The position numbers and the translations under genes are program-made. The notes below the pieces were generated by a model. It was not told the origin of the DNA. It did not search any database and worked only from the letters and a program-made list of their open reading frames with translations. Of a stretch of DNA of 64,000 bases, positions 12,850-25,564 are shown one piece after another (the first letter of the stretch is position 1; every line of letters starts with the position of its first letter). The stretch is from Octopus vulgaris (Eukaryota), in contig OX597817.1 in the NCBI GenBank assembly GCA_951406725.2, positions 51,398,001 through 51,462,000 on the forward strand, read 5' to 3'.

Positions 12850-13200
12850 CTTCCGCTTATGCACCTTCTCTAAGTACGTTGATGACATCCTTATCAACAC
12901 AACCTCCAGGGATAAAGCCATTAACATACACCGGACCTTCAATAACATCGACATAATAATCAAATTCGAGATTGAACATCTAGACGAGCCGGGAACTCTG
13001 TCTCTGCTCGACTTTGAACTCAAGATCAGAGAGCAAGACTCCATGTTTACCAAGTTCTATAAAAAAACCGCTAGCAGAAAAGAATTTCGTCCACTACCAA
13101 TCAGCCTTACCAACCAGAGCCAAAGAAACGAGATTGCACGAGTAAACAATATTAGCAGCGAAGTAACCACTTCGTATAATGCAAAACAGAAAAGATATAA
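12850..13200 (+). pseudogene. Penelope-like element RT C-terminal fragment
   Basis: KYVDDIL...IKFEIE...LSLLDFEL...FYKK motif order typical of PLE RT (YxDD, IKFTxE, xxFLD, YRKPT). Confidence 0.75.
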
Positions 13201-13945
13201 TCCTAAGCCGTACCCTTTCTCTGTATCACCAGTACGAATGCATCAGCATGAAAATTTTTTATTACATGACAGTCACTCACTCTTCCGCTATTCATGAAAT
13301 ATCCAACTTATGTGATTTTATGTCATTATTTCTTTTAATTAGTTTGAACTTCTATTTGTTATTTGGTTTCATAAATAAGCATTATGAGAATCATAAGCGT
13401 AACACAAGCGTGATAAAGTATTGAAAAAAATAATGCGATGAAAGAACTCGCTATAGTGATTATAGTGAGTTTGATAGCTACGTTGTTAAAGCAGGTTATA
13501 AAAGGAAGATATTACACTACGAAGATATTCCCACGGATCCACTTATTCACGAATGTTTAAACTTCAGTTAACACTTTGGAAAGCAAACACGACGAACAAA
13601 CAAGAAAGCATACAAATATAATGAAAGAAATGATCATTCCATCCTTAATGAAATTCGCCGGGAAAATACATTGATTGCTAACATAATACTGTCATAAATA
13701 CTGCACAAATTTAACACAGCAATCAAAAAGGAAAAGTTTTATCTGAAATGAAAGAAGACCTGAAGCAAACGCTGTTCGTTAAATGTCTAAGAATACGTGT
13801 TTCTGACAAGCGACAACAATTCCTTCTACAATAACTTTTATTCCATTTTGAGGTAATTTTCATCCATTTCTACTTTAAAATAAAATAGAAATGAATGCAG
13901 CGCCCACAGCAGAGATATATAACTACTAGAAATATATATGACTTA

Positions 13946-14525
13946 AGGCGGCGAGTTGGCAGAATCGGGCGAAATGCCTCGCGGTATTTCGTCTGCCGCT
14001 ACGTTCTGAGTTCAAATTCCACCGAGGTCGACTTTGCCTTTCATCCTTTCGGGGTCGATTAAATAAGTACCAGTTACGCACTGGGGTCGATGTAATCGAC
14101 TTAATCCGTTTGTCTGTACTTGTTTGTCCCCTTTGTGTTTAGCCCCTTACATACACCGAAACTAAATAAAATATTCTGAATGATTTAATGTACCAGTGAT
14201 AGTAAAGAAGGATACTTAATATTTTTTCGTTAAGCCAGCAAAAAGGAACAAGAAATAACGTAAGGAAACTTGAAACTAAATAAAATATTCTTACATTGAG
14301 GATAGGAAAATGGGTGGAGTAGGTATTTCTTTCGAGGTCGATTAAATAAGTACCAGTTACGCACTGAGGTCGATATAATCGACTTAATCCGTTCTGAGTT
14401 CAAATTCCGCCGAGGTCGACTTTGCCTTTCATCCTTTCGGGGTCGATATAATCGACTTAATCCGTTTATCTGTCCTTGTTTGTCTCCTCTATGTTTAGCT
14501 CCTTGTGGGCAATAAAGAAATAAGA
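13946..14525 (+). mobile_element. Two SINE-B copies (13946-14148 and rearranged 14322-14525)
   Basis: Near identity to 3533-3926. Confidence 0.85.
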
Positions 14526-14878
14526 AATATATATGACTTGTCATGCAGACAGTATGTTCAAATCATCAAGCGCAGGGCGTAGTCCAACTTTTAGAAATAT
14601 TACTATTATTATCATCTATCTTTTACTTGTTTTAGCCATTGACCTGCGGCCTAGCTGGGGCATGGTGTCGATGGTTTAGTAAAACAAAACTACTCAAATA
14701 CTTAACGTTTTCAATTGTTGTAGCTATTCTAACGGTTCTTTTAGCCAAATCGCCAAGTTGCGTGGATGTAAACAAAGTAACAGCGGTTGTTAAATGAGGA
14801 GAAAGCATACGTAAACACAATTCACAAATACGCACTAACAGGGACCATAATTATCCGAAAAATGCCGACTGAGAATTT

Positions 14879-14927
14879 CTAAGACCGACGTCAGTTTCGG
14901 TAATTTTCGTGGCCATCATCAGTTAAG
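14879..14927 (-). ncRNA. Type I hammerhead, minus-strand copy (weakened stem II)
   Basis: CTTAA-CTGATGA-T-GGCCA..TTACC-GAAA-CTGACGTCGG-TC-TTAG. Confidence 0.75.
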
Positions 14928-15023
14928 CCAGCTCTTTGTTCGGCTCTTTCCAGACCTGTTTCTCTATTAGTATATGTTTTCATCATCCAAATAAATGGAT
15001 GAGTTAGCTGAACACCAATGTGG

Positions 15024-15073
15024 TTTAACTGATGACGGCAACGGAAATTGCCGAAACTGACGTCAGTCTTAAG
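15024..15073 (+). ncRNA. Type I hammerhead, canonical core, GUC site (predicted cut after 15068)
   Basis: TTTAA-CTGATGA-C-GGCAA-CGGAAA-TTGCC-GAAA-CTGACGTCAG-TC-TTAAG; stem III is the 12-nt palindrome ACTGACGTCAGT. Confidence 0.88.
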
Positions 15074-16344
15074 AATTCTTGGTCGGCATTTTTCAGACAA
15101 TTATAGTCACTGTTAGCGTATATGTTTTCATTCGTGTAACTTAACAACAGCATTAGATCACTTTAGTTTTTATTTCTAACAATGTAGGTATTTTTAATAC
15201 CCTCATCACATTAAATAACAATTATAATTCTCTTTGGTGAAACGCTTCAACCATACATACATACATACATACACCGAAAGAGTTCTACACAGTTCCTCTC
15301 AGGCAAGTTCACTCACAAAATATTTTTCGCCCCAGTGCTATAGAAGAAGTCACCTGGTCATGCTACTCCACAGTTACTGAACCCGATACCACGTGGTCGC
15401 AAAGTGATCTTAATCACACAGCCATGCCTGCGCCAGAAGTATCACATTTGGATGTTAACCGATTAACAATACAGGAAAATAAAATTGTAAAGATATTACA
15501 TTCAAAATCTATAATCGAGAATGCTATACGCCATAATCATATTCATTCGGAAAACAGATCCTTGACTTCTGGAATTGAATCATTATAAAATACCTGAATA
15601 TGTAGAAAATATCATTATGATATAAATTTCTGGCTGAAATATTTGTCATACAGGCAAAATTATTTAATGACATGATAAAATATCCAGAAACAAAACTTGA
15701 AGCTACATCATACCCAATTTTAAGAAAAACAGGCAAAAATATAATCTACAGAGATATAAGGTTGTCTTCAGTGTACGAAAGTGTACGAAAACTTGAGGGA
15801 AATAATAACCAAAGGAAGCAATAACTGAAGGAAAAATAAACTTTCTCTGAGAAGAAAACTAGAAATGCGGTGAAGTCCAATATAGGGATAAAGATCACTT
15901 CCTGGTCAATAAAAACTGATTGAATATCTGGAGGCTGAAGGATTTAATGCATTGAGTACCAGTGATAGTAAATAAGGAAACTTAATATTTTTTCGTCAAG
16001 CCAGCAAAAAGGAACAAGAAATAACGTAAGGAAACTTGAAAATAAATAAAATATTCTTACATTGAGGATAGGAAAAGGAGTGGACAGCTTAAAAAAGAAG
16101 TAGAAGAAATCAAATAACTAAGAGTTATATATTTTTATATAAAGTGAGTGTAGGAATTCACAACGAATCTATAAAGTGGAAATCATGTTTATCCGCTCAA
16201 AATTTTACTACCCTTCACTGCCGAAAGCAGTTTTATATACCAGTTTATCTTTTGTTGTGATAGATATTCCAGGTAGAATTAACATAACTTTGGTTTAATA
16301 TAAGACAGAGAAAGATAAAGAGAAGTTGGAAGATATATTTAAGT

Positions 16345-16481
16345 ATTATTTACATTTGACGGATATTTGTCCTCGTCTTGTTTGTTGTTAACACAACGTT
16401 TCGGCTGATATACTATCCAGCCTTCTTCAGGTGTCTTGGGGAATTTCGAACGTGGGTTCTCATTCCTAAGGTATTCTTCGA

Positions 16482-16514
<33 letters not shown>

Positions 16515-16615
16515 TATTATTGTTGTTGTTGTTGTTGTTTAGGCCACTGCTTGGAATCGAACTCAGAATCTTGAGGTTAATAGCCCATACTCTTAACCAC
16601 TACGCCATATGCCCG
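16345..16615 (-). mobile_element. SINE-like element: tRNA-like head, (AAC/AAT)n, hammerhead, tail (family E)
   Basis: Minus strand A box TGGCGTAGTGG and B box GTTCGATTCC at 16615-16541, followed by the hammerhead at 16434-16391; body shared with 33236-33360, 41670-41790 and 59910-60122. Confidence 0.75.
16391..16434 (-). ncRNA. Minimal type I hammerhead (family E)
   Basis: ACAC-CTGAAGA-A-GGCTGG-ATAGTATA-TCAGCC-GAAACGTT-GTGT. Confidence 0.85.
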
Positions 16616-17042
16616 TTGACAAATATCCGTCGAATGTAAATAATGTACATAATTCCTCATCCCTTAAATATAGAACTGTGTTATTTAAGTATTGTTGATT
16701 ATGTTATTGGTATTGAAGGTAAAACATTCTCTGTATGGAGGAGCACCATCTCCAGGTTTTGGACATGATAATCCACCCTGCATTTTTCATTGATTTCCTC
16801 AAACAATTTTGTTAGATATAATAATACATAATCATAATGAATTACTGCGCTCCCGGTGCTCAATAACGTTACTGCTTTAGGTGAAAATGTAACTATAAGT
16901 TAGCTGCTTTCATAGGACAAGATGAAACCTTGTGACAGATTAATTTAATCTCTTCTTGGTTTTGTGATTTTGTCCAAGTTCTCAGCCCTATTTTTGACCT
17001 GTTGCGATTATATCACTTAACTATTTACAACGATACAGCGTA

Positions 17043-17272
17043 TATGTTCTGTTGTGTCTGGGGAGAGTCATTTTCTTTTTGTGCCTTATAATGTAACACA
17101 CTCACCGGTAACATTTCCACTTTGAGAGTCAAAAATATTGAAAAGTTTGCAAGACGCAACGAAAATTTTAGGAAAATAGAAATAAGAAAAGATAAGTGGA
17201 AATTTTACCGGTGAGTGTGTAACATTATAAGGCACAAAAGGAAAATGACTCTCCCCAGACACAACAGAATAT
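17043..17272. mobile_element. Foldback/MITE-like element with ~78-bp inverted arms
   Basis: TTCTGTTGTGTCTGGGGAGAGTCATTTTC... / ...GAAAATGACTCTCCCCAGACACAACAGAA; second copy at 54491-55192. Confidence 0.8.
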
Positions 17273-17507
17273 GCTTCAACACACGAACTCATATAAAGCA
17301 TTTTGGTAACCAAATCCAAAAACGAAATAGCTTATATGTTGATAAACAGAAAAGGGTAATAAAATATAGGACTTTATGATTTTTAAGTTTAAAAATGTTT
17401 TCCTCGACAGTATATTTTATTTTTGTGGGTAGATAGTCATGTTGGTAATGATGGCGCTGTGGGTACTTAAATTAACATTGATTTGATATGATCCACTTCT
17501 CTTCGTA

Positions 17508-17923
17508 CCTATTTCTTTACTATCCACAAGGGTCTAAACACAGAGAGGACAAACAAGGACAGACAAACGGATTAAGTCGATTATATCGACCCCAGTGCGT
17601 AACTGGTACTTATTTAATTGACCCCGAAAGGATGAAAGGCAAAGTCGACCTCGGCGGAATTTGAACTCAGAACGTAACGGCAGACGAAATACCTATTTCT
17701 TTATTACCCACAAGGGGCTAAACACAGAGCGGACAAACAAGGACAGACATAGGTATTAAGTCGATTACATCGACCCCAGTGCGTAACTGGTACTTAATTT
17801 ATCGACCGCGAAAGGATGAAAGGCAAAGTCGACCTCGGCGGAATTTGAACTCACAACGTAACGCAGATGAAATACCGCTAAGCATTTCACCCGGTGTTCT
17901 AACGTTTCTGCCAGCTCGCCACC
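17508..17923 (-). mobile_element. SINE-B dimer
   Basis: Reverse complement of 3533-3926. Confidence 0.85.
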
Positions 17924-20669
17924 TTGTCATCAAAACCAGTGGCATCAAAACCAAGAAGCGATACAAGCAAAGTTAACCTACAGCAGTTTTAGAACTCACA
18001 CAAAAAGATGCCTCTGAAACTAGTAACGACACACTTACTTTTGACTTCTAATAATATAAATCCTCGTCAATTGATTCCAGGTGTATATTGATGAATGAAT
18101 CTCAAAATGGCCAATAAAATTAATGTGTTTTCAACGCAGGAAATTACAATTGATATAATCAGTAATCTTTGTAGAAATAATAAGTAGCTATTTTGTATAA
18201 TTCCTGTTTTGAATCCGGATACAATAGTTTTTCCCAAATGAAACCACACAACGACAGCTTATAAAGTGTAACAGCAAATTATGTCCCAACAAACGTTGCA
18301 TTCCAACAAATACACTAAACTCTATAAGAAATGTTAGAAGTAGAACGATATTAAATTTATTGCGAGAACGCAATGTACGTTGAAATGAATTGGAGACGTA
18401 GTCTCTCTTCTTTGTAAAATGGCCTCCAGTTAAATGAAATTCCATATCCGGTTTTTTTCTAATGTACATTAATGATAAAGGCGAAAACAATAATGAGTCA
18501 ACAGACAAATGAACAGTGAAGTGATTCCCTTTTCCAACAAGACATTAACACATAATAAGAAAACATGTTGAAGTAATTCCCATACATACGTATGTTGACG
18601 GACGAAAGCAATCTTGTTATTGGATTTCCTTGTATAATGGTTAGAAGTACAGAAACTGGAATTAACTAAATGGTCATAACGTCATTGTCGGAGCTGAAAT
18701 TATCGTAACAAATGATTGGTTCAATATTCCGTAGCCTATCAGATTCCCATCAATCTACGACGCCTAATTATTTTGAGAAGAAATTTATGCCTTCTTTCTG
18801 CAACGTTTATTCTCCTCGTCTTCCTGTGTTTATTCTCTTCGTCTTCCTGTTTGTGAGTAGCCAACTCTCCAAAGAATACAATCACCTATTCGTATTTCTG
18901 ACTGACATACATACACGCCAAAACGCTTTATCGTTTAATTAACTACCATCACAGCCTTCATCAAATCACGTCCGGCCATTACACTATTGCAGTTATTTTG
19001 CAATACGTAAGCATTCGGCACCAAACCCAACAAAAATCCGAATCCTTGGGCACTTCAAGAAAGCTAACATGTTCGATTTCTACTAGCTTTACTCTAAACT
19101 TTATCAGGAATTATGAGATTCACAATTGATCGAATCTAGAGAGCTCTGCCGGTATCTGGAACCACTAAACACTTGGGTTTACCTCTGTTTCTTTTCAGAC
19201 AACCCAGCTACTTCAAATCATGAAAGTGATTCACACACATCCACTACGCAACATCGCAAAAAGTACACACACACACACTCACTCACACGTAGCCAACGTA
19301 CGAAGAAAATTCCATCCACCTCAATAAACTGATTTCTAGTCACGTTCTTCTCTCAAAATCACTATCCGAGAAACAAGGGATGTCTTTGAGAATCACAAAC
19401 TGCCTCATAAATTTGTATCTCTTTGCTTTAGTAATTTTGCAAGAGGGGGATATATATCAACTAGTCAGACTCTTCCTATCTGGAACTTCGAAATATTACA
19501 ATATTCCAAAAATATTCTGTCTATATTACACATGCACACACAAACACTCATACATTATGTATATGTAACACACACACACACACACACACAAACAGTTCTG
19601 TCACTCCTATAGTGTTTTAACAACTTCCTGCCTGACATCAGTAATAGCACTCTTCTTCAAAGGAAATATTTGATTAGTGAATTATGCCTTACTTAATAGC
19701 ATCTTGAAAATTAACAATGTGAACCCTAGAAATAGATCTAAAAATAGACCTAGGAAAACATTATGGTTCGCTCCGCTTCTCCCTAAATGCTAAAACTAAT
19801 GTAGATGAGAGATTCTTGGTACTTCTAGATGAGCATTCGCCAGTAAACCATGGTGCGCTGGTTAAATATATACAGCTGCTGCTACAAAATGAAGAACATT
19901 GTCATTCAGAGCCCATTCCCAGTTGTAACCGTTAAGACCCTGAAGCCTGTCCATTTGATCAGCTGTGTAAGATAAACTTTATTTGAAGTGAGACAGAATC
20001 CACAGCAACGCTTCAAGATAATGTAATTAGGAAGAAACATTAAATCGGTTTATGCGAAGGCGATTTTAAAAGGCGTTATGCAAACCACTCGTATTCTTTC
20101 GACAAAAGTAAGTTGACTAGCCAAGTGGAGAAATGTGAAGTGATCTATGCCTAGTGTAAATAGATTTAAGAAAGGCAACTTATATGCAGTTAAAAGGTCA
20201 CACAATTATTTTAGCTCCAATAATTCCTCCATGCTGCTTAAATCCAGATAAGAAATTTTCAGCAATTTCAAGCATATGGCCACATTTTTTTTTTTTTTTG
20301 TTGAACTCCGAATCGAAAAGCTGTCTCGCAGACTTTGGCCTCCTTTTCTTTTTTGGCACCATATGTTTTAATTATGATACCTACTGTCATTTTTTCCTTT
20401 TCTTTTTCCGTTTTTATTCACCTTATATTTTCCCATTTCAATTTTTGCATCAATCTTCTCTTTTCCCATGCAACAGCGTCCATATTTTCCGATAAAACAA
20501 GAATTGTACCTGCAGATGCAAGGCACATTATAAAATTCTGCGTGACCTTTTGTTTCCATGACAAAAAATAAGTAATAGCTCTTATTCTACTACAGTGTTC
20601 ATTAAATGATTTTCGTCTCCACTTGATTGCAGTAGAGTTTTTCATGATCCTACCTTAACGGAACAAAAA

Positions 20670-20974
20670 GAGCACTCCGTCGTTTATGACGACGAGGATA
20701 CTCTCAACGTAGTAGCTTGCTCGTAAAATTAACGTGCAAGCGGCTGAGTAATCCACAGACACGTGTACACCTAACGTAGATCTCAGGGTGATTCAGCATA
20801 ACACAGAGTGTGACAAAGCTGGTCCTTTGAAATACAGCTACAACTCATTTTTACCAGCTGGGTGGACTGGAGCAACGTGAAATAAAGTTGTCCCCGGGAA
20901 CTGAACTCACGACCTTACAATCGTGACGTTCTCAAATAACCTTTGCATTTGACTAATGTCTCTACGCGCCTTCC
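20670..20974 (-). mobile_element. SINE family C
   Basis: Reverse-complement similarity to 10198-10519 and 48601-48956. Confidence 0.75.
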
Positions 20975-21438
20975 ATACTTTCGTGAGTTGAATTGAGCAA
21001 ACCTATAGTAGAAGAGATTTTCTTTAAGGTATTGGAAATGAAAAAAGTTTTTTTAGCTGCTATTTCTAATGAGTTCAGTATGCGGCAAAGTAATTTATTT
21101 TACTAAGCCCTTTTATATAATGTAATAATTTGAATTCGCCTTAAATGGTCCCTTTGCATACTGAATACTTGGTGAAATTGATTAATTAATTAATTTTACC
21201 CTCAATTGTTGAACGTATAGGCTTCATCTCTCTCTATTTAATGCCTCGGATTTTACCGAAAAAAGCATAGTGTTTACCTGATTTTAACCCACGCTTGGAA
21301 AGGGGAGAGCAGAAATTCTTCGCTTGCATATTTGAATTTGCAGACACTGTTAGTTTCGAGCAGGTCTTCAGAAGCGATGGGAAGCCGAAAGGGTATGCTC
21401 CCACTTTCAGTGTTTTCAAATCCATAATAAGGGAGTTC

Positions 21439-21491
21439 TGAGCTGATGATAGAAGTGTCGAGTTTGACTAATCTTGAAACGTACGTTCTCA
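21439..21491 (+). ncRNA. Type I hammerhead, intact core, GUU site
   Basis: TGAG-CTGATGA-T-AGA..GTCGA-GT-TTGAC..TCT-T-GAAACGTACGTT-CTCA; palindromic stem III ACGTACGT. Confidence 0.8.
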
Positions 21492-22012
21492 AATACCACC
21501 TTTGCATGATTTTTTAATACACCTCTGAAACCCATACTTCCGTGTGTGGTTTCCGCTTCATCGGGGAATTATCTCCCTTTGCAGGATAAAGGACGCCGTG
21601 ATGGTGTCAAGCCTATCTGGCGACGTTGATGTTCGCCTGGGGCTAAATGCAACAGTAACACCCCAACCACCCTGCCCTGTCCCTAGCCATATTCAGATGT
21701 CCCTAGCCATACACACATATATATATATATATACATATGTATGTATAAAGCAGGTGTTGGTTACCAGACTAATGATATATTCCCTAACACTATATATCAT
21801 TCACAACGTAAACGACGTAATGATTTATTAATTAAGCTAGCTACTAATCACACATTATAAATGCAAATTAATTTACCTTATTTAAATGGTTCAGCGAGAA
21901 TTTGTAACTTCATAGACAATATCTTCGTAAACAGGTGCACAGTCACTCATAAAACGCCAGTGTTCGTTCAAAAACATACAAGCATACACACACACATATA
22001 TATGTATGTCAT

Positions 22013-22647
<635 letters not shown>

Positions 22648-23038
22648 TGTATATATGCATTAGACAGAATGATATAACAAGATTTCAATTACACCTTCTC
22701 ACATGAAGGTATATCCATAATATTCCAGAAACAGCCGTAAGACTATTTCATTATAAATTCCCTGAAAACCCCCTCACAGCCGTTGTTTTGTTATCTGTTT
22801 TTGTCGAATATATATATATATATACATGCGAATACAAGACCCCCATTACACTCTTCTGTCGTATCATTATCGAACCAAGAGTTTAACTACGGCCTCTCCA
22901 TAGCACTTATTTGCGTTACCTGACATTCTTTGGGTCTCCTAGATACCAATACATCTCGTGTATATATATATATTGGTAAAAATGGTAAGATAACAAAAGA
23001 AAAAAAGCGAGCTCAACATTATGTAAATAGAGGAATCT

Positions 23039-23175
23039 ATCTGTAAAATAATATGTGACAATTATTCAGTAGCCAAGATAACCGAAGAGATGGTGGTGTG
23101 GATTTCCACCTCGGCATCCGAAACTAAGACTTTTATCTTGGCTACTGAATAATTGTCACATATTATTTTGCAGAT
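23039..23175. repeat. 43-bp inverted repeat enclosing a decayed hammerhead core (23082-23132, +)
   Basis: Arms 23039-23081 / 23133-23175; loop CCGAAGA-GATG..CATC-C-GAAAC-TAAGA-CTT. Confidence 0.75.
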
Positions 23176-23214
23176 ATATATATAAATATATATATATTGT
23201 GTGTGTACGTGTTT

Positions 23215-23260
<46 letters not shown>

Positions 23261-23391
23261 CTACTTGAATATATTATGTAATTTTAAAGACACAATAATA
23301 TTTGATTGGAACTGGTTTTTGGAAATGAATAAGTTGGGGAAATGAGGAAACGGGAATGGAAGAAAATCAAATACATCACCGGCATAATAGC

Positions 23392-23932
23392 AAAGGCGTG
23401 TGGGTAGTGATTATGGTGTTGCACCCGCGATCACAAGTTCGTTGTTTCGAATCCCAGGCAGCGCGATGTATTGTGGTCTTGAGCAAGTCACTTGATTTCA
23501 CGTCGCACCAGGCCATTCAGGTGTATGGGAGTAAACCTGCACCGGACGGGCGTCCCTTCCAGTCCCTTATACGCCACGGAAAGCGGGTAACCGCTGTATC
23601 AACTGGCACTCCGTCGGTTACGACGAAGAGTGTTCTAGTGGATCCGATCAACAGAACAGGCTACTCGTAAATGTATCGTTCAAATGGTTGGGACATGCAT
23701 ACTTTTAGTGTAGTTCGGAGGGAAGATCAGTGCCACAAAAAATATGACAAGGCTGGACCCCGGAATGTGGCAACGTTGACCCTTACTGTTAAAGCTCATT
23801 TTTGCCAGCTGATTGGACTAGAGTAACAGAAAATAAAGTGTCTCGCTTAAAGTCACAAGCACCGTCAGGAATCGAACTCACGACCTTACGACCGTGAGCC
23901 GAATGCCCTGACCACTAGGACACGCACCTTCA
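23392..23932. mobile_element. Two diverged SINE-C-like copies, tail to tail
   Basis: tRNA-like heads at 23392 (+) and 23932 (-). Confidence 0.65.
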
Positions 23933-25084
23933 ATGAAAAGCTGAGTCTTTGGACACGAGACAGTCTTATTTTTCGAACATAATAATGATGGATATACAAA
24001 TAGATTCAGTTAGTGTTCTTATCAAAGAGATCGCGTTTGAGAATATCAAATAAATGAAACTCGTGTCTACGACGTTTCTCGAATGTTGATGTCTACGTGC
24101 TTTGGATTCGATATAACTGAAAATATATGAAGAACAACGTTTTTGAGAATATTCTAATAATATAGAATACAGGTGTTTGTTATAAAATGTTCAGCCTTTT
24201 CTGAAATGAATCATGAGACGCTTCCACGTAGAATGGCGATTCTAGTGAAGGCGGACATCACATCTAAATGACAAAAGGAATCGAAAATATATCCATCATC
24301 ACAAGTACAAATATCACAGGTATCGGCGATTATGGAAGTACAACATTTTTGTCAAAGACATAAAATGCTTTTTTCATGCGTTGTTCGAACAGAATGCTAT
24401 GACAGCATCTGAATATCATTATGTGTGGGGAATGTAAAACAGTAAACAGAGCATAAACACAGCAGGAAAATCAATATAACACGAAGAGAATATAATGATA
24501 AACAATCCACGGAATAAATTGGATTATCATTTGAATATAAAGCATCGGTACGGTAAAGAGAGTTGCAATAAAATGGATTTACTACAGAATAGAGTGGAGG
24601 AAATAGATCGCCATTTTATAGGTTACGTATATTAGCAAAGTACTTCGGTGGATATTAAGACTTGAAATAAAAACGAGACGACGTACATGGTCGTTTTCGT
24701 GCTAGACATACCAAACACATAACTGTATACATTCGCATCTAAATGCCTCATTTATAGGATAAAATTTGGTCACTAAATATTAATAATATTTAAGAAGTTA
24801 ATTAGTTGCCTTATATAAAATATACTTTGCAAATGAGCCATCTTCTGATTCAATCTATCGTATATGATTTTACTTGTTTCAGCCATACGACAGCAGCCAT
24901 GTTGATGTATAGCTATAATGGGTTTAGTCAGTAAACAAACGGCCCCTGTATTTATTATTTTAACTCTTGCATTTACTCTAGGACCTCCTGTCAGTCGTAT
25001 ATAAATTTATATATACATATAGATAGATAGATAGAAATATATACATATAGATAGATAGACAGAAAGATAGAAAGATGAATAGAT

Positions 25085-25168
<84 letters not shown>

Positions 25169-25525
25169 ACACATGGGTATATAGATACTCACACACAGAG
25201 TATATATATATATAAGTATGTATAAGTATATATGAGAGTGATAGAATTATCAAAATACCATCACTTGTTGTAAGCGAGCACCAGCCGTACCTTCAAATTA
25301 ATAAACTCTACATATATAAGACATGTGCTTCTATATATACGAGAGCATTACATGAGTAGCTACATCACTAAAATTAGAAGTCAAGAAAACTTCTGTTCAC
25401 TGGAAGTTTTTCCTACCATGCTTGTATGTATTTTGTGTCTTTTCCGAAGCACAGATGTATGTTTGACTGCTATGTGTGTGTGTGTATATACATGTGGGTG
25501 CGCATGTGTAGGAGAGGGGTGAAAG

Positions 25526-25564
<39 letters not shown>

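Noticed and set aside
16541-16615. tRNA gene
   Set aside because: A/B boxes are present but the acceptor and anticodon stems do not pair properly; treated as a SINE-type head. The same applies to the other SINE heads
18042-18508. Minus-strand ORFs near a GTAAGT donor-like site; possible host exon
   Set aside because: No recognisable protein, and stops occur in all frames shortly before the donor; a UTR exon cannot be supported from sequence alone
21342-21376. Minus-strand CTGAAGA-CCTGCTC-GAAAC
   Set aside because: Neither stem I nor stem II pairs
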